Made by a program: the position numbers and the translations under genes. From an uncultured delta proteobacterium (lineage in GTDB: Bacteria > Myxococcota_A > Polyangia > Polyangiales > Polyangiaceae): a stretch of DNA of 64,000 nucleotides. Below, one piece after another: positions 10,016-19,916 of the stretch; within the stretch, counting starts at the first letter, position 1, and every line of letters starts with the position of its first letter. The notes under the pieces were generated by a model. It saw nothing but the letters and a program-made list of their open reading frames with translations. It was not told where the DNA came from and ran no database searches. The DNA lies in contig CAVOKF010000005.1 of NCBI GenBank assembly GCA_963696385.1, positions 1,056,001 through 1,120,000 on the forward strand, written 5' to 3'.

Positions 10016-11722
10016 TCATGGGAGCGCTGACCCGGCGCCCGTGTGCACACCGGCGCCTTCATCGCCATCCGATGCGACCCGCCAGATCGTGCCGTTGCCG
10101 TCCTCGCTGACGAAGAGCGCTCCGTCGTGGGCCACGGCGACCCCAACGGGGCGGGCCCAGACCGCAGCGTCATCCACGACGAAGCCCGTCATGAAGTCCT
10201 CATAGTCACCCGTTGGGACGCCGCCCTGCAGCGGGACCGTGATCACCTTGGGCCCCGTGCGCTTGCCGCGGTTCCACGACCCGTGGAGCGCTGCGAACGC
10301 GGCACCCCGGTACCGCGGCGGAAAGGCCTTCGCGTCGTAGAAGGTCATTTGCAGCGAAGCCGAGTGAGCTTGAAGTAGGACGTCGGGCACGATCACGGTG
10401 CTGGCGAGCTCGGACCTCTCGCCGGCATGCCGTGGGTCTTCCTGATCACCGAGGTAGAACCATGGCCAGCCGTAGAACCCGCCGCGACGCACGCGCGTGA
10501 TGTAGTCGGGGACGAGATCGTCGCCGAGCCCGTCCCGCTCGTTCGTGGAGCACCAGAGGTCACCCGTGCCTGCGTGCACGGCGAGACCCACGCAGTTGCG
10601 GATGCCGCTCGCGTAGACATGCCTGTCCCGGCCATCGGCATCGAACACCAGCACGTCCGCGCGGTCGCGCTCGTCGGAGTCGCCCTCGGCCACGTTGGAT
10701 CCGGAGCCGACGGAGACGAACATCTGCTTGCCATCGCGGGAGAACGCCACGTCGCGTGTCCAGTGCCCCCCTTGCACGTCGGTGAGCGACGCGACGACGG
10801 TTTGCGCTTCTCCGCGAGCCGTCATGTCGCCGTTGGCATACGGGAAGCGAACCACCGCGTTCGTCTCGGCGACGTAGACCCACTTCGGGTCGGGCCCGGG
10901 CGGATAGAACGTGATTCCGAACGGCCGGTCGAGTCCCGATGCGAAGATCGAATTCCTCTCGACTGCGCGAGCGCCATCCGCAGCGCGCAGTGCGCGTACC
11001 CTGCCAGCCTGGCTCTCGGCCACGAACAGGTCACCCCGGGGGGAAACGCGAAGCAGACGCGGTCCGAGCAAATCGTGCGCGAAGACGTCCACGCGGAAGC
11101 CGGCAGGCACGTACGGGTCTGCGCCTGGAGGCGGCGCAACGACGTTCGGACCGTTCTGGGCCGAAAGGGTCGCGTACGGCGGTGGTAGGTCGGCGGTCGT
11201 GATGTGGCGACGCACGCCGGGTCCGTCGCCTCGGTAGTCGCCGAAGGCGGCGGGTCCGGTGCGCAGGCCAGGGGACGCGGGGGGGGCGGTTGCGTGCGCC
11301 GCGGCTGCGGGCGACGAGGTGTCGCCGGGCGCGAGTGTGGCTAGGTAGTCGACGACGGCGCGCCGTTCGAACTCGTCCGGGATCGCCGTCGGCATCGTCG
11401 TGCCCGGAACCCGCTGCGCCGGGGCGGCCAGGAAGCGATCGAGCGTTGTGCGGTCCCATGTGAGCTGCGCCTCGCGCAGGGCTGGCGAATACCCGAAAGG
11501 CATCGAGGCCGCCTTCCGCCCGAGGACGCCGCCGAGTCCGGGACCCTGTGCGGAACGCTCTCCGGTCGAGTGGCAGAGGGCGCAGCGCTGCTCGAAGATT
11601 AGGCGACCGGATTCGGCCGCATCCTGGTGCGGCGCCGGCGGTCGATGTTGGAGGCGCGCGGAGGCGACCACGCTGGCACCGAGCAGCGCAAAGCATGCAA
11701 CGGGCGCGAGGCGACGCATCAC
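10016..11722 (-). CDS. Cytochrome c domain fused to a PQQ-dependent sugar (L-sorbosone-type) dehydrogenase beta-propeller
   Basis: Signal peptide, CALCH ... GPGLGGV ... PGTTM (class I cytochrome c), then GHWTRD, GIRNCVGL, NERDGLGDDLVPDY, HGSWNR, RPVGV. Confidence 0.85.
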   Translation of the reverse strand: MMRRLAPVACFALLGASVVASARLQHRPPAPHQDAAESGRLIFEQRCALCHSTGERSAQGPGLGGVLGRKAASMPFGYSPALREAQLTWDRTTLDRFLAAPAQRVPGTTMPTAIPDEFERRAVVDYLATLAPGDTSSPAAAAHATAPPASPGLRTGPAAFGDYRGDGPGVRRHITTADLPPPYATLSAQNGPNVVAPPPGADPYVPAGFRVDVFAHDLLGPRLLRVSPRGDLFVAESQAGRVRALRAADGARAVERNSIFASGLDRPFGITFYPPGPDPKWVYVAETNAVVRFPYANGDMTARGEAQTVVASLTDVQGGHWTRDVAFSRDGKQMFVSVGSGSNVAEGDSDERDRADVLVFDADGRDRHVYASGIRNCVGLAVHAGTGDLWCSTNERDGLGDDLVPDYITRVRRGGFYGWPWFYLGDQEDPRHAGERSELASTVIVPDVLLQAHSASLQMTFYDAKAFPPRYRGAAFAALHGSWNRGKRTGPKVITVPLQGGVPTGDYEDFMTGFVVDDAAVWARPVGVAVAHDGALFVSEDGNGTIWRVASDGDEGAGVHTGAGSALP

Positions 11723-12168
11723 GGCGAGCCCATCAGCCCCGTGCCGAAAACCGCAACGTGTGCGTTCATGCGGCTCCCTTCCACCAGCGATCGACGGGGC
11801 CCGATCCGGCAGCGTTCAGCTGGATCGCTGCGGCGATATCCCCTATCCCGAGAGGCCGTACGACGAGCCCGCGCAGCAGACCGTCGTGACCTCGGCACGC
11901 TCGGTCCAGGAAGTGGCTGCCGGTCCATGCGGGATGATCAGGCACGTAGGTGTCGTGCGGTCACGGAGGTAACGCTCGATGGCTCGGGAACGCTCTCGGG
12001 CTCGTTCACACGGTCACTTTACCGACGAACGAGGGGGACACCAAGGACGTCGGACGATGGCGCCGACGCCAAGATGCGCTGATCCGCGGCATCGCCCTGA
12101 CCGATTTTGCTCGGTTTGGGTATTCGCAAACGGGCGAGACTGAGGACAACAACGACTATGGAAGGAAG

Positions 12169-12525
<357 letters not shown>

Positions 12526-12635
12526 TTCTTTTAGACATCCTCAACGTCACCCAAGCATACACAGCACGCGGCTGGCCGCCACCGCGTCAACCCGGTCGCT
12601 CGCCGGGCGGTTCGAGTCTCGGCCGAAGGGGTGCC

Positions 12636-13280
12636 TCAGCTGGGGGCCAGTGCCATCACTCGTCCGGCTTCGAACCAGATGGGGTCGAAATCCACGGCTT
12701 CGGCGGCGAATCGGGCGCAGGAGAGGCGCTCGGCTTCCGCATGCGCTTGGTGCCACCGCTCCTCGGTCAGCGGAACCGCGTCGCGATTGACCCAGAGCCA
12801 GGCAAGGGCCGTCGCGTCGCACTGAAGCTCGGTCCACGCGCGTTCTTCGAAGGGACCGTGGTTATGGAAGTGCGCCCAATCGTGAAGGCCCCAGAAGAGG
12901 CCACGTAGGCTGTCGGCGGCGAGCCACATTAAGTCGGCCGGCCGCTGCCGGTGCGAGAACAATTGATTGGTCGCCTCGTCGATAGCCCAGGGCGCGAGTG
13001 CTCGCGCTTCGTCGTCGAGCCCGAGCCCGAACACATGCACGCGCGCCATCTCGGAGGGCAGGAACTCACAAGGCTGCCGAAGGACGAAGGCCATCCCGGC
13101 AGGGTTGGTCCCGTCGATCGGCGAATCACCCCAGCCGATCGCCGGTCGTCGCCATTCGAGCTCGTCGCTGGGGCACCAACCAAAAGCGTCGAAGACGTGG
13201 GACGGCGCCATTCGATACGCGGGCGGAGTGCGCAAACGTACGATTCGGACATCCGATACCTCGAACGCGGCGCGGTTCAC
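12636..13280 (-). CDS. Hypothetical protein with His-rich HDxxH...E motif
   Basis: Protein-like ORF with LHDWAHFHNHGPFEERAWTELQCD. Start is uncertain (GTG near 13280). Confidence 0.6.
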   Translation of the reverse strand: MNRAAFEVSDVRIVRLRTPPAYRMAPSHVFDAFGWCPSDELEWRRPAIGWGDSPIDGTNPAGMAFVLRQPCEFLPSEMARVHVFGLGLDDEARALAPWAIDEATNQLFSHRQRPADLMWLAADSLRGLFWGLHDWAHFHNHGPFEERAWTELQCDATALAWLWVNRDAVPLTEERWHQAHAEAERLSCARFAAEAVDFDPIWFEAGRVMALAPS

Positions 13281-13375
13281 GCGGTCGGTGTAACATGAGT
13301 CGAGGGAAGGCGAACTCGCTCGCACTTTGCGCAGTCGGGTGTGCCGAGCTAAGGCTCCCGACTCAAGGACCCGCG

Positions 13376-14020
13376 ATGTCTCCGACGCAACCGTTGCCGC
13401 CGAAGAAAGAGGTCGCGTTGGCCTTGCTCGAACGATCGAGCGTGTACGTTCATCTGGATCCTCGGCAGCAGGCGGCCGTCGTCCCGCCCTGGTTCAAGAA
13501 GCAGCCGCAGCTCGTTCTTCAGGTCGGCCTCAACATGCCGGTTCCCATTCCGGATCTACGCCTGGACGACGAGGGCATTCAATGCACACTCAGCTTCAAT
13601 CGTGCGCCGTTCTTCTGCGTCGTGCCCTGGTCGAGCATCTTCGCGATGGTCGGTGAGGATGGCCGAGGGATGGTGTGGCCCGACGATGTGCCCGTCGAGG
13701 TGGCACGCCAAGCGCAGGAGCGGGCCGACGGCCCCGTTCGTCGAGAGCCGTCGAAGCCGACGCCTCCGCCGCGGGAGCCCAAGGTCGAAGCCGTGGCGAA
13801 GCCAAAGCGTTCGCGCAAGCGTCCTCCGCTGGCTGCCGTTCCGGGCGGAGGCGAGGACGCCACCGGCAGCCGTGCGCACGCCAAGCCCGAACGCATCGCT
13901 CCGCCCGCGGCGCGGCCTGCCGTCGCGCAGCCGGACGTCGCGCGGCCCTCGGCGTCCGGGGCCGCCGGATCGGCACGCAAAAAGCGAGAGTTGCCGCCGT
14001 ATCTTCGCATTGTGAAGTGA
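13376..14020 (+). CDS. sspB: ClpXP adaptor / stringent starvation protein B
   Basis: SspB-like core (LVLQVGLNMPVPIPDLRLDDEGIQCTLSFN...VPWSSIFA), disordered Pro/Ala tail and C-terminal ClpX-binding motif PYLRIVK. Confidence 0.85.
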   Translation: MSPTQPLPPKKEVALALLERSSVYVHLDPRQQAAVVPPWFKKQPQLVLQVGLNMPVPIPDLRLDDEGIQCTLSFNRAPFFCVVPWSSIFAMVGEDGRGMVWPDDVPVEVARQAQERADGPVRREPSKPTPPPREPKVEAVAKPKRSRKRPPLAAVPGGGEDATGSRAHAKPERIAPPAARPAVAQPDVARPSASGAAGSARKKRELPPYLRIVK

Positions 14021-14087
14021 CAGAGCCCTCACCCTTCGAAGGCTGTCTTCAGGGGGCCTTCGCCAAGCCATCGACGAACGGGTTGCC

Positions 14088-16208
14088 CTAGGCAGTACGC
14101 TCTTCCGTCAAGCTCGGCGCCGTCAAACGCGGCCCTTCGTTGAGATTGAGACGAACAGGCAGCACGACCATCGGCATGCCGGCGTGCTGAAGCCGCCGCT
14201 GAATCATGAATGCACTTTCGTTGTGCAAGATGCGCGTCACGAACGTGTCCTCATCGAAGATCAGCTGGCCCGCAACGAAGAGCGCGCGCGGAAATCGATG
14301 GATGACGTCCGCCGCGATGCGCTCGGCCTCGACGGCAACCTCGATACCGGTCGAGAATTGGCTCTCGGCGGGCAGCCCCAGCCATTTTGCGTACTGGACG
14401 TATTGGTCGAGTGCTTTCTGCACTCGCGCCTCCAGCTCGTGAACCTCGGATATGCCTTTGAAGTTGCCCGAGTCGATCACGGCCACCGAGCAAAACACGA
14501 TCCCCTTGAAGTGACCGGGAAACATGCGAAGAAGGGTGAGAAGCGCGTGTCGCCCAAGTCCGCCGTACCCACCGACGAAGAGTACGGCCACTGGTTTCGT
14601 GCGGTCGATTTCGTTCGCGGTGTCGATCCCATCGGTGACGGCCGGGCTCTGCAGGCGCGAGCCTTCGCCGAGCGGGTCCGCAAGCTCGACGTCGAGCCGG
14701 CGAATGGCGATGACCACTCGCGCGTAATGGCGCTTGATTCCCAAACAGAGGGTTACGAGCAGGCCGGTCACGACGAGCGTGAGCCAGCCGCCGGCCGTGA
14801 ACTTCTCGAACACGGTCACGATCAAGATAGTCAAACAAAGGCCCAGGCCGACGATGTGAATCGGCAAGTGCTTGTACCAGTCTGGCTGTTCCTTCCGGTG
14901 CTGCACCCAGAAGCGGGCCATGCCCAAGTTGGACAACGAAAAAGTCAGAAACACGTTGATCGAATACATGACCACGAGCTTCTCGACGTTGCCGTGGGTA
15001 TAGAGGAGCGCCGCGATCGAGGTGCCGCCCATCAGCATGACCCCGTTCTGCATGCTGAGCGTCTCGGAAAGTGCCGCGAAGCGGTGCGGCAGCCATGAGT
15101 CGACGGCCATGTTGGCCATGACCCGCGGGCCATCGACGAAACCGGCCTGGGCCGCGATCAACAGCAGACCGGCTTCCGACGCGAGGGCGACGGTCACGAA
15201 CCACTGGCCGACCTGCCACCCGCCCAGGTGCCACCCGCCGGTGACGCGCTCGAGCAACACGGCATTCATCGTCTTGTCCTCGTCCGGCATCGCGTGGACG
15301 AGCAGATAAGCGAGGATGATGCCGCCTGCCGTGACGGCCAAAGACGTGGCCATGAGTCCCATGGTTCGTTTGGCCGTGCGCACCTTGGGCTCGCGCATGA
15401 TCTGCACGCCGTTCGAGACGGCTTCGATCCCGGTGTACGTACCTCCTCCGAGCGAATAGGCGCGAACAAAGAGCAAGAGCGCTCCCAACGTACCGAGGGA
15501 GCTCACCGTATGCCCGTAGTTGACGCTCGTCTGGTGTGCCACCGACGTGATCTGGCTCAGATTGCCGAAGATCGCGATGACGAGCAGGATTGCGTGCGTG
15601 ACGATAAACGCGATAAAGACCGGCAGGATAGCCTGTACGGATTCCTTCACTCCGCGAATATTCAGTACAGTCAATGCACCGATGGCGACAATCTCGACGA
15701 CGAGCTTCGTGCGCTGCACAGGGTCGAGCCAAGAGCCGACGTCGTCGGCGTTCAAATGCAACGCTGCTTGACCGAACCACGAGCGCGGAACCATGCTGAA
15801 GATGGCGTCGCCGCCCGACGCGATGGACGTCGTGATGGTGAGCACATAGTCGACCAACAGCGCGCCCCCGCTGACGACTCCGAAGCGCGGCCCCAACAGC
15901 TTGGTGGCCACGACGTACCCGCCGCCACCCGATGGAAAGTGTTCGATGATTCGCGAATAAGCGTACGAGATGATGAACACCGTAACGGCGGTGCCGAGCG
16001 CCAAGCCTACGGCGAGCGACGAATAATCGTGTCCATTCGCCACCAATTCCCGAAACGCGGCTTCCGGTCCGTACGCCGACGACGAGAGTCCATCCGCCCC
16101 AAGTCCGACCCATGCCAGCATGGCAATGAGCGAAATGCTGTGGAAGGTATGCGCAGAATGAACGTCCTTCGGGGCACCGAACAAAAGAGTCCGTAACTTC
16201 TTCTGCAT
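14088..16208 (-). CDS. APC-family permease, KimA/YdaO-like (possible K+ importer)
   Basis: GADGLSSSAYGPE, GGGGYVVA, LLVDYVLT, TGIEAVSNGV motifs; about 12 TM segments and a soluble C-terminal domain. Confidence 0.85.
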   Translation of the reverse strand: MQKKLRTLLFGAPKDVHSAHTFHSISLIAMLAWVGLGADGLSSSAYGPEAAFRELVANGHDYSSLAVGLALGTAVTVFIISYAYSRIIEHFPSGGGGYVVATKLLGPRFGVVSGGALLVDYVLTITTSIASGGDAIFSMVPRSWFGQAALHLNADDVGSWLDPVQRTKLVVEIVAIGALTVLNIRGVKESVQAILPVFIAFIVTHAILLVIAIFGNLSQITSVAHQTSVNYGHTVSSLGTLGALLLFVRAYSLGGGTYTGIEAVSNGVQIMREPKVRTAKRTMGLMATSLAVTAGGIILAYLLVHAMPDEDKTMNAVLLERVTGGWHLGGWQVGQWFVTVALASEAGLLLIAAQAGFVDGPRVMANMAVDSWLPHRFAALSETLSMQNGVMLMGGTSIAALLYTHGNVEKLVVMYSINVFLTFSLSNLGMARFWVQHRKEQPDWYKHLPIHIVGLGLCLTILIVTVFEKFTAGGWLTLVVTGLLVTLCLGIKRHYARVVIAIRRLDVELADPLGEGSRLQSPAVTDGIDTANEIDRTKPVAVLFVGGYGGLGRHALLTLLRMFPGHFKGIVFCSVAVIDSGNFKGISEVHELEARVQKALDQYVQYAKWLGLPAESQFSTGIEVAVEAERIAADVIHRFPRALFVAGQLIFDEDTFVTRILHNESAFMIQRRLQHAGMPMVVLPVRLNLNEGPRLTAPSLTEERTA

Positions 16209-16313
16209 CTTGCCCTCACGTTCTTTCCTTCCACTACTTCCAATTCCCCCCCAGCGATCCTTCGTGGTCTAAGGGGGCATCGGTAGTGAGGCGAGTGCGG
16301 GCACAGCGCAGCC

Positions 16314-16341
16314 ACTCTAATGCAGTCGCAGCGGCCGTCAA
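16314..16341 (-). promoter_or_regulatory. Candidate sigma-70-type promoter of the APC permease
   Basis: Minus strand reads TTGACG-N16-TAGAGT, about 105 nt upstream of the ATG. Confidence 0.5.
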
Positions 16342-16366
16342 ACACGGAACGCCGCCGACAAGTCGA

Positions 16367-18208
16367 TCAGGGGACCGGACCGTCGGTCGGTCGGTCGCCG
16401 CCGGGCAGGAGCTCCCGCAAGGTGGCGCGAAGTTCGGGCGGCCCCCGATCCATGGCTTCGCGCGCGAGATCGACGATCTTGCGAGACGGCGCGCGTCGGA
16501 CGGCAGCCACGGCAGCCGCCCTGTCGACCGACGTGCCATGCTCCAATATGCCCAACACGAATTCGGTAGACTCGCTCGTATCGCATCGAACGAGGGCCGT
16601 GAGCGCCGCCGATCGAACGCTCGGCACCGAGGACTCATCGAAGATTCGCCGCAGTGGGTCGAACGCGTGCGCGAAGTCCAAGGAGGCTAGGGTATTCGCC
16701 GCGTCGTCGACGAGCGCGGGATCGCCTTCCCGCAACGCGGCCCGCACCGTCGCGAAGCTCCGTTTGAAGGGCAGTCTCGCAAGCGCGTCGAGCACCGTCC
16801 GTTTGACCCCGAGGCCGCCTTGCGCGAACAGGGCCTCGAGGGGCGAAAGGACGGCGTAGTGAGCGACCCGCCCGAGTCGCGTGGCGAGATGCATCTGGGG
16901 AGCCTCGACGGAGGCTTCCCGTGCGGCGCCTTCGACGTGCAGCGCAGCCAACCGTGCCACCATGGCCGCGCGGCGTGTGGCATCGACGCAATGCGAATCG
17001 ACCATGATGCCCGCGCACGCCTCGGAAGCGCTTCCACGCTGCTCCCACTCGAGGACATCGGCGTGCCAGACGTGACTGACCGTCAGGCTGTTGCTTCGCG
17101 CGCCGCGCTGCAGCGTCGCCCCGGTGGGCTGCGCCGGGTCGGTGGTGGCGGCGTAACGCAGCGCCGCGCGCGCGTAGTGTTCGCGCCGTACGGGATCGAG
17201 GTCCAAGCCCGCCAATTCAGTGTAAATCTGGCCGACACGTCCGAGTTGCTCGACTTCACCGAACGCGAGGATGGCTGACAACAGAGCGTTCGCAATCGTC
17301 GCCGGGGGCGATCCCCGCTGCATTTGCTGCTTGGCGGCCGCGCGCCACAGCTCGCCCTGCCGCGTCGTGTAGCCCTGCGCTTGGTCGGTCATCCGCAGTG
17401 AGCGCGCGTAATCCGCCGCGTCGCGGGCAAACGTCGCGGCCGCACTGAATTCCGACTGCTCGACCGAATCTTCGATCGCCGAGTCGAAAAACTCGAAAGC
17501 GAAGTTGCGAAGGCGGTCCTCGCGCAGGATTCGAGTGGCGTTGGCGTATCCTTCGAGGACATTCTCGAAGGCTCCGTTCTCGCGTCCGACCTGAATGAGC
17601 ACTTGGAAACAGTCGAACGCGCGTTCGCGCCGACCGATGGCTTCGAAATGGTCAGCCGCATGCTCAAGCCGCCGGACGCACGACGCGAAGCTCTCTCGTG
17701 CTTGTACGCCGTCGTTGCAGCGGCGTGCGCAACGAGCAAGGTTGAAGAACACGAGCGCCACGACGTACGTGTCGCTGCCCTCCGAATCGCGTGCGAGCCG
17801 CGCCCAGAGCGTCCGCGCCCGATCCCAGTCAAACGCCCTTTCTCGGTAGATCGCGGCGGCTGCGATCCGTCCGGCGCACTCCATTTCGCCCGCCGCGTCG
17901 GTGAGTCGCCCTTGGGCCTCCGCGGCCACGGCGCGGTCGAGGGGGGGCACGCGAGACAGGATTGGGCGCACCCTGCACCACGCCGACTCATCGCTCGACG
18001 CCGCGTGCGCAAGCACCGTGAGCGCCGAGCGCGTATCGCCCACTTGGACGAAGGCCCGTTCCAACGGCAAGAGCAAGGTGCGATATTCGCGTTCGGAGAT
18101 CTGAGTCCTGCCCGCCGCCGAGACGAGCAGGGCGATCGCTTGCTCCACGTCGCCTTTTACCGTCGCGGCTCGAGCCTGTTCCCGCAGAGCCGCTAGGTGT
18201 TCGGGCAT
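16367..18208 (-). CDS. Alpha-helical repeat protein (TPR/SNAP-like N-terminal part, C-terminal HEAT repeats)
   Basis: Long Ala-rich helical ORF; HEAT-like units at the C-terminus (VRSAALTALVR, RAAAVAAVRR). Confidence 0.7.
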   Translation of the reverse strand: MPEHLAALREQARAATVKGDVEQAIALLVSAAGRTQISEREYRTLLLPLERAFVQVGDTRSALTVLAHAASSDESAWCRVRPILSRVPPLDRAVAAEAQGRLTDAAGEMECAGRIAAAAIYRERAFDWDRARTLWARLARDSEGSDTYVVALVFFNLARCARRCNDGVQARESFASCVRRLEHAADHFEAIGRRERAFDCFQVLIQVGRENGAFENVLEGYANATRILREDRLRNFAFEFFDSAIEDSVEQSEFSAAATFARDAADYARSLRMTDQAQGYTTRQGELWRAAAKQQMQRGSPPATIANALLSAILAFGEVEQLGRVGQIYTELAGLDLDPVRREHYARAALRYAATTDPAQPTGATLQRGARSNSLTVSHVWHADVLEWEQRGSASEACAGIMVDSHCVDATRRAAMVARLAALHVEGAAREASVEAPQMHLATRLGRVAHYAVLSPLEALFAQGGLGVKRTVLDALARLPFKRSFATVRAALREGDPALVDDAANTLASLDFAHAFDPLRRIFDESSVPSVRSAALTALVRCDTSESTEFVLGILEHGTSVDRAAAVAAVRRAPSRKIVDLAREAMDRGPPELRATLRELLPGGDRPTDGPVP

Positions 18209-18222
18209 GCCACGTCGGACGG

Positions 18223-19035
18223 TCAATGAGCCGGAGGAAAGCTTTGGCGTGCTTGGTGACGCCTAGCGCGCCTGGACAAGGCGAGCACACTCTCGACCAG
18301 GCCGATGAGCACGTAGCACGACAGCAGCCAGACCAGGACGAAGGCGGGGCGCGTTTGCAGGCTCACGATGGCGCTGGAGCCGACGGTGAAGGCCACGAGC
18401 CCGAACGTTCGCAAGTTGAGCCGAACGTCCTTGAAGCTACGAAACTTGATCGTCGAGACCATGAGGAAGCTCATGAAAATCGTGAGGGCGATCATGGCCC
18501 AGACGTACTTTGGACCGAAAAGGCGAAGCTCGTCGCCCATGGCATGGTTGGCCAGCACCAAGGAAATGAGGATCCCCGCGGCACCCGGGACGGGCAGCCC
18601 GACGATGTACTGCCCCGGCTTGGTCGGTGCGCCCTTGTCGCCCATCGACAGGACGTTGAACCGCGCGAGCCGCACGGCCGCGGCGGCGGCGAAGATGTAG
18701 GATGCCACGAGTCCGGGGAAAGGCCGCTGCCACAGTGACCACTTGTAAACAAGGATGGCGGGTGCGACCCCGAAGCAGACGACGTCGGCCAGCGAATCGA
18801 TCTGGAGCCCGAAAGCGCTCTGAGTCTTGGTGAGCCGAGCCACCCGTCCGTCAAGCGTATCGAAGAACAGCGCAAAGACGAGCAGCAGCGAGGCCCGGTA
18901 GTAGTCGTCGTCGCCCTGGGCCGTCGCGGTGATGCGAACCGAGTCGAATCCGCAAAATACGCTCGAGAGCGTGATGATGTTTGGCAAGAGAAACAGCGTC
19001 TTGCGCAGGTCGAGTTTGCGGCGAGGGGGCGGCAA
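18223..19035 (-). CDS. pssA: CDP-diacylglycerol--serine O-phosphatidyltransferase
   Basis: LLPNIITL, DTLDGRVAR...FGLQIDSLADVVCFGVAP, RLARFN, GLPVP. Start is uncertain (TTG at 19035). Confidence 0.92.
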   Translation of the reverse strand: MPPPRRKLDLRKTLFLLPNIITLSSVFCGFDSVRITATAQGDDDYYRASLLLVFALFFDTLDGRVARLTKTQSAFGLQIDSLADVVCFGVAPAILVYKWSLWQRPFPGLVASYIFAAAAAVRLARFNVLSMGDKGAPTKPGQYIVGLPVPGAAGILISLVLANHAMGDELRLFGPKYVWAMIALTIFMSFLMVSTIKFRSFKDVRLNLRTFGLVAFTVGSSAIVSLQTRPAFVLVWLLSCYVLIGLVESVLALSRRARRHQARQSFPPAH

Positions 19036-19133
19036 GCGATTGGCTCTACGGGATCCTCCCGCAGAACCGGCGGGGGGTAAAGGCGCGTGATTAATTGGCC
19101 CGGGTGGAACGCGCGCTCTACGCTGCCGGTTGG

Positions 19134-19916
19134 ATGAGACCGCACGTGCCTGTCCGTGCTCTGGCGACGCTCGTTCTGGTCTTGGTTGCCGGCTGCGCGC
19201 GCAGCGCCGAGGAACGGCAGCTCGACGCGATGCGAGCCGACATCGATCGGATCCAGCAAGAACGCGATCAAGAGGATCGGTCGAGTCTGCCGTCTGAGAC
19301 CGCCGAGGCTCCCTTGGCCGGAAGTGTGGACAAATCGAGCGCTCCGGCACCGTTGCCCGCAGCGGACGTCGTTCAGTTGGGTGTCTCCGCCGACGATCCG
19401 CCCGCCGACTACGCCGACCCCGACGACACGACACCGCGCCCGCGCATTCGCGTGTTGGGCTCGCCGCGCGTGAACGGGCGCGACATCGAGCAAGTCGACG
19501 ACGTGAGTCCGAACGGCGTCCGATCCCCTTCGCTCGATCCCGAGGCGAAACGGGCGTACGACGCGGCTTTGACGCTCGTGGCGGCCAAGAAATACGAGCC
19601 TGCGCTCGACCTACTGGCCGCATTTCTCGTCAAGTGGCCCGATCATCCGTACGCCGACCACGCGATGTATTGGCGAGGCGAATGTTACTTTGCGGGCGGC
19701 GATTACGCGCGCGCTTCCGAGCAGTTCGAGGGAGTTCTCGCGCGGTTTCCCGCCGGCAGCAAGGTGCCCGACAGTCTGCTCAAGCTCGGAATGTCTCAGG
19801 AGAAGCTCGGAAACTCGGCCAAAGCGCGCGATTGCTTCCAACAGCTGGCCAAAGAGTTTCCGCAATCGGACGCCGCGCGGCGTATTCCGGTCGGATCCGC
19901 AGGAAGCAGCCGATGA
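19134..19916 (+). CDS. cpoB: Tol-Pal-associated TPR lipoprotein CpoB/YbgF
   Basis: Lipobox LVAGC, coiled coil, then TPRs (AMYWRGECYF, KVPDSLLKLG, FPQSDAA). Confidence 0.8.
   Translation: MRPHVPVRALATLVLVLVAGCARSAEERQLDAMRADIDRIQQERDQEDRSSLPSETAEAPLAGSVDKSSAPAPLPAADVVQLGVSADDPPADYADPDDTTPRPRIRVLGSPRVNGRDIEQVDDVSPNGVRSPSLDPEAKRAYDAALTLVAAKKYEPALDLLAAFLVKWPDHPYADHAMYWRGECYFAGGDYARASEQFEGVLARFPAGSKVPDSLLKLGMSQEKLGNSAKARDCFQQLAKEFPQSDAARRIPVGSAGSSR

Noticed and set aside
1..12168. Genomic island integrated at the tmRNA 3' end
   Set aside because: No integrase and no duplicated ssrA 3' end (att) seen in the window, and the region includes ordinary genes such as hrpA and phoU. Cannot be excluded beyond the window edge.
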